This document shows positions 56,912-64,000 of a stretch of DNA of 64,000 nucleotides, piece by piece. Each line of letters starts with the position of its first letter. Within the stretch, counting starts at the first letter, position 1. The translations under genes were made by a program, and so were the position numbers. The DNA is taken from UHGV virus genome UHGV-0091695, one strand, 5' to 3'. The notes below the pieces were generated by a model that searched no databases, was not told the DNA's origin, and saw nothing but the letters and a program-made list of their open reading frames with translations. The DNA is from a virus.

Positions 56912-58426
56912 ATGGCTGGTAGATTAGGTAAATTTCAAATGTTAGGCTTCAACCATTGGAAGGGTCTGACAAGCGACAATCACCTTGGCTCAATCTTTCA
57001 GAGACAACCTCAGAAAGCAACTAATCTGATGGTTCAGTTGCTTGCTTTCCATAGAGGTAAGACTCTGGACACATTCCTAAGTCAGTTCCCGACTAGAGAG
57101 TTTGAAACTGATGATGAATACTACTGGGATGTAATAGGTTCAGCAAGAAGGAACATCGCTCTGATTGAGGCAAGAGATGAGAATGGTACAGTAGTTACAG
57201 CGGAGAGTGGTAATGTAGGTGTTGGTACTTCACCATTCTATCTTGTATTCCCAGAGGATTGGTTTGCTGATGGAGAGGTTATCGTAGGTAATCTTAACCA
57301 AGTATATCCTATTAGAATCCTTGGTGATGCTAGAATGGAAGGAACAAATGCTGTCTATAAGTGTGAAACTATGGGTGGTCTAACCCAAGGTATTCCTGCT
57401 GAGAGACTGCTAGCTGGAGAGAGATTCTCTATTGAATTTGCTCCTGTAGAAAGAGAAGGTTCTAGAAAGGTTGGTGACATCAGATTCAGTTCTCCTGTAT
57501 CTATGAGAAATGAGTGGTCTACTATTAGAATCCACCACAAGGTATGGGGTAACAAGCTGGGTAGAAAGCTTGCTTTTGGCATTCCTATGGTAAGAAGGGA
57601 TGAGTCAGGCAAGCAAGTTAAGGACACAGCTAATATGTGGATGCACTATGTAGACTGGGAACTTGAACTTCAATTCTCTGAGTATAAGAACAATGTACTT
57701 GCATTTGGTACTTCTAACAGAAATGCTAATGGTGAGTACATGAACTTCGGTAAGTCAGGTAATGTTATCAAGACTGGTGCTGGTGTATTTGAGCAATGTG
57801 AGGTTGCCAACACTATGTACTACAACAAGTTCAGCTTGAAGCTTCTTGAGGATGCTCTGTATGAACTTTCAGCTTCTAAGCTAGATATGAATGACAGAGT
57901 ATTTGTTGTCAAGACAGGTGAAAGAGGAGCTATCCAATTCCACAAGGCAGTTCTTCAAACTATCTCAGGATGGACTACATTTGTGATGAACAATGACTAC
58001 TTGCATGTAGTTGAGAAGACTCAATCTAAGCTGCATGATAATGCTCTTAGTGCAGGATTCCAGTTTGTTCAATACAAGGCTCCTAATGGTGTTATTGTTA
58101 AGCTTGATGTTGACCCATTCTATGATGACCCTGTAAGAAACAAGATACTTCACCCAGAAGGAGGTGTGGCATTCTCTTACAGATATGACATCTGGTACAT
58201 TGGTACTATGGACCAACCTAATATCTTCAAGTGTAAGATTAAGGGTGATAATGAGTTGAGAAGCTATCAATGGGGTCTAAGAAACCCATTCACAGGACAA
58301 ATGGGTAATCCTCATATGTCTTACGATGAGGATAGTGCTACTATACACAAGATGGCAACACTTGGTGTATGTGTGCTTGACCCAACTAGAACACTGTCAT
58401 TGATACCTGCAATACTGCAAGGCTAA
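56912..58426 (+). CDS. Major capsid protein (crAss-like)
   Basis: 504 aa; N-terminus MAGRLGKFQMLGF..WKGLTSDNHLG recalled as crAss001-type; followed by a strong terminator. Confidence 0.9.
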   Translation: MAGRLGKFQMLGFNHWKGLTSDNHLGSIFQRQPQKATNLMVQLLAFHRGKTLDTFLSQFPTREFETDDEYYWDVIGSARRNIALIEARDENGTVVTAESGNVGVGTSPFYLVFPEDWFADGEVIVGNLNQVYPIRILGDARMEGTNAVYKCETMGGLTQGIPAERLLAGERFSIEFAPVEREGSRKVGDIRFSSPVSMRNEWSTIRIHHKVWGNKLGRKLAFGIPMVRRDESGKQVKDTANMWMHYVDWELELQFSEYKNNVLAFGTSNRNANGEYMNFGKSGNVIKTGAGVFEQCEVANTMYYNKFSLKLLEDALYELSASKLDMNDRVFVVKTGERGAIQFHKAVLQTISGWTTFVMNNDYLHVVEKTQSKLHDNALSAGFQFVQYKAPNGVIVKLDVDPFYDDPVRNKILHPEGGVAFSYRYDIWYIGTMDQPNIFKCKIKGDNELRSYQWGLRNPFTGQMGNPHMSYDEDSATIHKMATLGVCVLDPTRTLSLIPAILQG

Positions 58427-58430
58427 ATAC

Positions 58431-58461
58431 AAGGGGAGTGGGGTAACTCCTCACTCCCTTT
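58431..58461 (+). terminator. Terminator after MCP
   Basis: GGGAGTGGGG-TAA-CTCCTCACTCCC followed by TTT. Confidence 0.75.
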
Positions 58462-58494
58462 AATTTTATAATTAAGTAAATGGAGAAGTAAAAT

Positions 58495-59478
58495 ATGGAG
58501 AAAGAAGCTGAAGTAATGTTGGATGATGCTGCTATAATGAATGATGATATGCAGGAAGTAGCAGTAGCACCAGTTAAACAACCAAGAAAGAGACAGGCTA
58601 AGCAACCTGTTGCTGTAGATGAACCTATAGTGAACTGCTTAAGGAACGAGAGAATAGTAGTAAAGCATGTACCTAAGGAGACAGGTATGGTAAGAGACCC
58701 TAAACATATTCTCTATGGAGGTATGGCTGAAAATGCAGTAAAATGGTTTACAGTACCTAGACTTACATCAGGTATGTATATCAATGTACTTACCAATGCT
58801 GAAAAGACTTGCCTTGAGGAAGTAATGGGTCTTGAATATAATGCTTTATCAATATATAACAAGACTGACAACTTCTGGGATAACTTCATGGTAAGACTGA
58901 CTAAGCAGGACAATATACTTGACCTGTCTAATCCTGAGGATTACATCAAGTATAAGGTTCTCTTGGCTAATAAGGACTTCATAGCACCTTCACTTCAGGA
59001 GCTTGAGGACCATCCTAAAGCTACATATCAGTTTGTAATCATCCATGAGAATGAGGAGTCACAGGCTTCTAAGAAGAAGATGAATGCAACTATGCAGGCT
59101 TACATGGAGTTTGGTAAGATACAGGATAATGCAGATATACTTAGAATTATCATTGAGACTATTGATGGTAGGCCTACTTCCAAGAACTCTAAGATTGAGT
59201 TCCTGCAAGACAAGGTAGGTAAGCTTATCCAAGCTGATGCTAAGTTGTTTGTAAGAGTAGCTTCTGACCCTCTATTAAGCACTAAGGTTCTTATCAAGAA
59301 GGCTATCGAAGGTGGTCTTATCAGTAACAGAGGTGGCATGTTATACTTAAAGGCTGATGGTACCCCTCTATGTGGAGATAATGAAGAGCCTACTCTTAGC
59401 ATTGCAGCTAAGTATCTGAATATGCCTAAGCACCAAGAACTGTTATTTTCTTTACAGGCAAAACTTAAAGATAACTAA
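58495..59478 (+). CDS. Conserved crAss protein downstream of MCP
   Basis: LDLSNPEDYIKYKVLLAN motif; synteny. Confidence 0.75.
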   Translation: MEKEAEVMLDDAAIMNDDMQEVAVAPVKQPRKRQAKQPVAVDEPIVNCLRNERIVVKHVPKETGMVRDPKHILYGGMAENAVKWFTVPRLTSGMYINVLTNAEKTCLEEVMGLEYNALSIYNKTDNFWDNFMVRLTKQDNILDLSNPEDYIKYKVLLANKDFIAPSLQELEDHPKATYQFVIIHENEESQASKKKMNATMQAYMEFGKIQDNADILRIIIETIDGRPTSKNSKIEFLQDKVGKLIQADAKLFVRVASDPLLSTKVLIKKAIEGGLISNRGGMLYLKADGTPLCGDNEEPTLSIAAKYLNMPKHQELLFSLQAKLKDN

Positions 59479-59479
59479 T

Positions 59480-60631
59480 ATGACTAACTTAGAGTTCTCA
59501 AATGAGTTTGATGTACTATATAATAATGTAGCCAGTAATGGTGCTCCAGGAATTACAGAATATGAAAAGTCAGTGTTTCTCACTAAAGCTGAAAAGCAGT
59601 TACTTAGAGCTTACTTTGAGCCTTCTCTTAATAAGTCTGTAAAAGGATTTGATGGTTCTGAGAAGAGACAATATGACTTTAGCTCTTTAATCAAAACTGT
59701 AGAACTTGAATGTATAAGTCCTATAAAGACTATACTAGGCTTAGATGTATCTACCATAGACCCAAGAAGTATTCTGTATAAGACTCCTAAGGATTTGTTT
59801 CTATCGGTAAATGAAACATTAAGTGATGATAAGTATATATACAATGTTCTTCCTATTAACTACCAAGAATATAGTAGAAATATACAGAAGCCTTATGCTT
59901 ATCCAATAAAAAGGCAAGCTTGGAGAATGATTTCATCACTATGGGACAGTAATAACTATGGTATAGGATACCATATAATGAGTAGCTCCAGTGGAATACA
60001 GAATGTAGTATTTAGAAATGTAAACACTAAACCACTCTATATTAAAATAAATACTGTAAATTCTTTTGATGATTCTCAAAATGCTCCCATAGTGACAGAA
60101 GCAGATGATCTTATTACAATAGACTTAAAGCCAGTCAAAGGTAATATGATAGCTTATTGGACACTTTACCTGCAAAATGTCAATAATTCAAACTGGAAAA
60201 CTAGTACTGGGGGAACAGTGTCAGGTTCTGATTATATCAGATCAATGGATGGTACTCTTGAAAATGGAATATGGCCATCTCAAGATCTAATAGAGAGCTC
60301 TTTCTCTGTAGAGGTGCCTTCTAATAATCAGGAACTTGTGCCCCTTTATGAAGTTATAGGAAGGTTTAACAGTAGTAATCCCAAGTTTACTATGAGATAT
60401 GTTAAGGTTCCCACTCCTATAATCTTAGTTGATTTAAATGATATTGGGGAAGACCTCTCAATAGATGGATATTCTACTGTTACTGAATGTTGTCTCCCTG
60501 TAGAAACACATGAGGAATTATTGCAGAGAGCTGTTGAACTAGCTAAGGCTGCCTATACTGGAGATTTACAATCTCAGATTGCTCTAGGAATTAATAGTGA
60601 AACTAATATGGGCATGATTGCTTCAAAATAA
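59480..60631 (+). CDS. Tail ring protein with internal insertion
   Basis: MTNLEFSNEFD...YEKSVFLT.A...HEELLQRAV; paralogous to the next gene. Confidence 0.7.
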   Translation: MTNLEFSNEFDVLYNNVASNGAPGITEYEKSVFLTKAEKQLLRAYFEPSLNKSVKGFDGSEKRQYDFSSLIKTVELECISPIKTILGLDVSTIDPRSILYKTPKDLFLSVNETLSDDKYIYNVLPINYQEYSRNIQKPYAYPIKRQAWRMISSLWDSNNYGIGYHIMSSSSGIQNVVFRNVNTKPLYIKINTVNSFDDSQNAPIVTEADDLITIDLKPVKGNMIAYWTLYLQNVNNSNWKTSTGGTVSGSDYIRSMDGTLENGIWPSQDLIESSFSVEVPSNNQELVPLYEVIGRFNSSNPKFTMRYVKVPTPIILVDLNDIGEDLSIDGYSTVTECCLPVETHEELLQRAVELAKAAYTGDLQSQIALGINSETNMGMIASK

Positions 60632-60633
60632 TT

Positions 60634-61344
60634 ATGACTTTAGAGGAATTTTCAAATGAGTTTGATACTCTATTGAATAGTAATAACCTTATTAGTAAGT
60701 ATGGAGAGCCTGCAAATAAACAAAGTATAGTTCTTGATGAATATGAGAAATCAGTATTTCTTACTCAAGCTCAAGAGGAAATTATAATAGAGTTTTATAC
60801 AGGAAAAAATCAATTTGGAGAGAGCTTTGAAAGAACTGAAGAAATTAGAAGGTATCTAAGTGACTTGGTTAAAACAGTAGTATTAACTGAGAAACTCTCA
60901 GGACATATAGGACTATCAAGAACTTCTATGTTTTATCAGCTTCCTGATGATGTATGGTTTATTACTTATGAATCGGCTACACTAAAGGATGAGAGACTAG
61001 GATGTCTAGATGGTGAGGAAGCTCTTATAGTACCAATAACACATGATGAGTACTATAAGATAGCTGCTAACCCATTTAGGGGACCATCAAAAGGCAGAGC
61101 AGTAAGACTAGATATAGGCGGAGGTGTAATTGAAGTAATATCTGACTATAATATAGGGAAGTATTTAATAAGGTATGTATCAAGACCTAAACCTATAGTT
61201 CTGGTTGACCTAAATAACTTGTCAATTAATGAAGTCAATACCAGAACAGAGTGTGAGTTAAATCCTGTCATACATAGAGCTATACTTGAAAGAGCAGTAA
61301 GACTAGCTATAGTAAGTAAGACTCAGGTGTCAGGTATCAAATAA
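60634..61344 (+). CDS. Tail ring protein
   Basis: MTLEEFSNEFD...YEKSVFLTQA...HRAILERAV. Confidence 0.7.
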   Translation: MTLEEFSNEFDTLLNSNNLISKYGEPANKQSIVLDEYEKSVFLTQAQEEIIIEFYTGKNQFGESFERTEEIRRYLSDLVKTVVLTEKLSGHIGLSRTSMFYQLPDDVWFITYESATLKDERLGCLDGEEALIVPITHDEYYKIAANPFRGPSKGRAVRLDIGGGVIEVISDYNIGKYLIRYVSRPKPIVLVDLNNLSINEVNTRTECELNPVIHRAILERAVRLAIVSKTQVSGIK

Positions 61345-61374
61345 GGAAATCGTTTAATTAAACTATTTATTGAG

Positions 61375-62379
61375 ATGGCTAATTTTAGTATCAATCAAGT
61401 AAGACATTTGTATGTCGCTAAAGCTCTAAAAACAGGAAACAACCTGCTTGAGACAGATACAGCAGGTAGCATCCTGCCTAAGGGAGATACAAACAAGACT
61501 CACCTATACTTCCAGTATATGTCACCTGGAGGCATTGTGAGAAGTGACTTAATTCCAGTAGATAAGATAATGCATGCTAAAGCTACTGGCTCTGAGGATT
61601 TGGCTTATGACCTTAAGAGAGTTCTAGTTACACTAGATTCTAATATAAGTGCTACTCCAGTAGCAGGTCAAGAGTATATTCTAAGAGTTGCATTCAGACA
61701 ATTCATTGGTTTGTCTGAGGAAGACCAATACCAAAAGTATGGTTCTGTAACAGCTACTCCCAGCATGACAGCATCTGACTTCTATAAGGAAATGGCTCTG
61801 TCACTATTCAGAAATGTAAAGGCTGAAAAGTACAACACATTGATTAACATCTATCTGAAGGATGCTTCTTCTGAGACTCAAATAACATCTAGCACCAAAG
61901 AAAGTGACCTGAATAAGACCTACACAGGTATTATCCTTGAAGAGGCTGAGCAGCCTTGGGTACTTGGTATGATGCCTCAAGAGTTCATCAAGTTTGATGT
62001 ACAGTTCAGACCTATTGTAGTTGATGGTGATGAATATCTATGGGGTACAGTAGCTGATGAGGAAGCTAAGAATACAGTAGAAGATGGTCATAATATTGCT
62101 GACCTTGAGTACTTCTGCATGGGTGCTAGAGGTGATGACTACAGACTAATGGGTTATCCTAACTTCATTCCTACTAAGTATCTGGTAGACCCAGATTCTA
62201 AGTATGATACTCTGGACATTCATTATGCTTTCACTGATAGCAATGAGGGTGTGCAGAAGTCTGAGAAGGATATCACAATAGTATGTGTTGATAATGGAAG
62301 TCATACTGATATGAAGGCTCTAATAACAGCTATCAATAAACTTCTGCCAACAAAAATGGCTATTGCTACCCTATCTTAA
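61375..62379 (+). CDS. Auxiliary capsid protein-like structural protein
   Basis: SINQVRHLYVAKAL N-terminus recalled from crAss001; followed by a strong terminator. Confidence 0.65.
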   Translation: MANFSINQVRHLYVAKALKTGNNLLETDTAGSILPKGDTNKTHLYFQYMSPGGIVRSDLIPVDKIMHAKATGSEDLAYDLKRVLVTLDSNISATPVAGQEYILRVAFRQFIGLSEEDQYQKYGSVTATPSMTASDFYKEMALSLFRNVKAEKYNTLINIYLKDASSETQITSSTKESDLNKTYTGIILEEAEQPWVLGMMPQEFIKFDVQFRPIVVDGDEYLWGTVADEEAKNTVEDGHNIADLEYFCMGARGDDYRLMGYPNFIPTKYLVDPDSKYDTLDIHYAFTDSNEGVQKSEKDITIVCVDNGSHTDMKALITAINKLLPTKMAIATLS

Positions 62380-62393
62380 TAGGGCTTAAGTAT

Positions 62394-62421
62394 AAGGGGC
62401 ATTAACTAATGCCCCTTTTTT
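62394..62421 (+). terminator. Intrinsic terminator
   Basis: AAGGGGCATTA-AC-TAATGCCCCTT followed by a T run. Confidence 0.85.
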
Positions 62422-62446
62422 ATTTCATTCTTTAATACTTTAAACT

Positions 62447-63019
62447 ATGGTTACTTTTAAAGAATTAAGAATTACTCCTGATGGAGAGAGGCTAATTATA
62501 GATGCTTCTGTAAAGGATTTGCAGTATTATAATGATGTCTATATAGATGCTGTCATTATAGATACACAAGATACTTATGTAGCTAATGGTTCAAGTACTA
62601 ACCCTATATTCTCTTATGAAGTCCCCTCAGATTCAGGAACTCTAAGTGATAAAAAAAGAATAAGGTTAGAACTAGATAGCAAGACATTAGGTGTATCATT
62701 AAATGATGCATTGTTCTTTGTGTATGTAATAGCTAAAGGAGCACCATCAGCAGATACTCCATGTGGTATGGATAACCAGACTACTATGGGAGTTGTAGCT
62801 GACCTATATCCTTTTTATAGAACCATGGTCAGCTATATGAAAGAAGTTGAGGATAACTGTGCTATCCCTAAGAACTTTATAGATAGTCTACTTAGATTCT
62901 ATGCTTTAGAACTAAGTATAAGGACTGGACACTATGCTCAGGCTATTAAGTACTGGAACAAGTTCTTTAAGGATATTAAGAGTAGAACAATAAACACAGG
63001 GTGCAGGTGCTATGGATAG
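62447..63019 (+). CDS. Tail hub-like structural protein
   Basis: Synteny; DTPCGMD motif. Confidence 0.55.
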   Translation: MVTFKELRITPDGERLIIDASVKDLQYYNDVYIDAVIIDTQDTYVANGSSTNPIFSYEVPSDSGTLSDKKRIRLELDSKTLGVSLNDALFFVYVIAKGAPSADTPCGMDNQTTMGVVADLYPFYRTMVSYMKEVEDNCAIPKNFIDSLLRFYALELSIRTGHYAQAIKYWNKFFKDIKSRTINTGCRCYG

Positions 63020-63356
63020 ACTTAATAATTTGGCTTATACTGGTGTTAATAACTATTTCAAAGCTTTATCTACATTTGGATATAAGAACTATACAGAGGT
63101 AAATAAGCTGCTGGTTCTGCTATTCATTGAAGGACTATTGAGGGGGCCATTGAGTCTGTATATAGATGAATGTGACTATAGGACTATTACTAATGTATTA
63201 TACTGCCTGTTTGGTTCTACCTGCCTTATTCCTTATCCAGAGTTTGCAGTGAACACCTCACTTGTTCAAGCATTGAATGCAGATACACCTAGAATATCAG
63301 AAGATGATATAATAAGATTCAGTGAAGACGAACTTATTAGGTTAGTAAATGAGTAA
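63012..63356 (+). CDS. Tail hub-like structural protein
   Basis: Synteny; LYCLFGSTCLIPYP. Confidence 0.55.
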   Translation: MDRLNNLAYTGVNNYFKALSTFGYKNYTEVNKLLVLLFIEGLLRGPLSLYIDECDYRTITNVLYCLFGSTCLIPYPEFAVNTSLVQALNADTPRISEDDIIRFSEDELIRLVNE

Positions 63357-63371
63357 TAAATTACTTAAGAC

Positions 63372-63403
63372 CTTGCATGGGTAGAATAATATTCCTATCT
63401 TTG
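63372..63403 (+). promoter_or_regulatory. Promoter within a palindrome
   Basis: CTTG-N20-TATCTTTG flanked by TAAGACCT/AGGTCTTA. Confidence 0.6.
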
Positions 63404-63437
63404 TGAGGTCTTAATTGTTTAATATAAAACTATAACT

Positions 63438-64000
63438 ATGACATATAGAGAAGCAGTATATCTTGTATTAGATGAATTAAAAGGCATGTCAGATGACTTT
63501 ACTTATACTGAGAGACATGTTGCATTCCTCTTAGGAAATTATAGAGCATTCTTGCTTAAACAGAGATATTCTGATGTAAGAAAACAAGTACCTGAAAGTA
63601 ACTATCAGACTATATGCCTTGACTTAATAGAGGTTCCTGCTATTAATGGTGAGCCCTGTGAAGGAGGTTCATACCTAAGGAGTAAAGATAGGATACCTGT
63701 TACTCTTATGATAGGTAATCCCAGAGTCTATCCTATAGATTTTTATCAAGGAGACATAGCCTTCATTAGTAGGGATAGAATGAGGTATGTAGGTTATAAC
63801 AAATGGATGAAGAACATAATATATTGTTCATTGGGCCCAGATGGTTATCTATATTTCAAGTCTCCAAATCCTCAGTTCCTATATCTTGAGAAAGTAAAGT
63901 TTACTGCTATATTTGAGAATGCTTCTGAAGTATCTGAACTTACTTGTGATGAAGATAAAGCATGTAATCTTCTAGATAGAATTTTCCCTATTGAAGAAGC
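63438..64000 (+). CDS. Tail ring protein (3' end outside window)
   Basis: ATG at 63438, MTYREAVYLVLDELKGMSDD..., open to the window end. Confidence 0.7.
   Translation, partial: MTYREAVYLVLDELKGMSDDFTYTERHVAFLLGNYRAFLLKQRYSDVRKQVPESNYQTICLDLIEVPAINGEPCEGGSYLRSKDRIPVTLMIGNPRVYPIDFYQGDIAFISRDRMRYVGYNKWMKNIIYCSLGPDGYLYFKSPNPQFLYLEKVKFTAIFENASEVSELTCDEDKACNLLDRIFPIEE

Overview
This window is a 64 kb segment of a crAss-like (Crassvirales) phage of Bacteroidetes. The capsid, portal and ring proteins resemble the PhiCrAss001 group, recalled from memory and not searched. The left half (1-30.5 kb, minus strand) carries replication and nucleotide-metabolism genes: ThyX, PolA, dUTPase, class II RNR, UDG, primase and SSB. 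It also has DnaB-like and SF2 helicases, each split by a group I intron that encodes a homing endonuclease. The right half (30.7-64 kb, plus strand) carries a large tRNA cluster and the morphogenesis genes: GroES, TerL, portal, fibres, lysis, scaffold, MCP and ring/hub proteins. The standout locus is at 24.55-26.76 kb. A phage Ro60/TROVE gene is followed, before one terminator, by five RNAs sharing a Y-RNA-like module (TAGTG-N-stem-TACTTCA paired with stem-TGTTCT). Three have normal end-to-end Y topology. In the other two the module is circularly permuted and inserted into the anticodon arm of a normally ordered tRNA scaffold. The window also has a short tmRNA-like RNA with no evident tag, several aberrant tRNA derivatives, a hairpin repeated just upstream of tRNAs, and many internal-deletion scars. 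All calls are by eye; no searches or folding were run.
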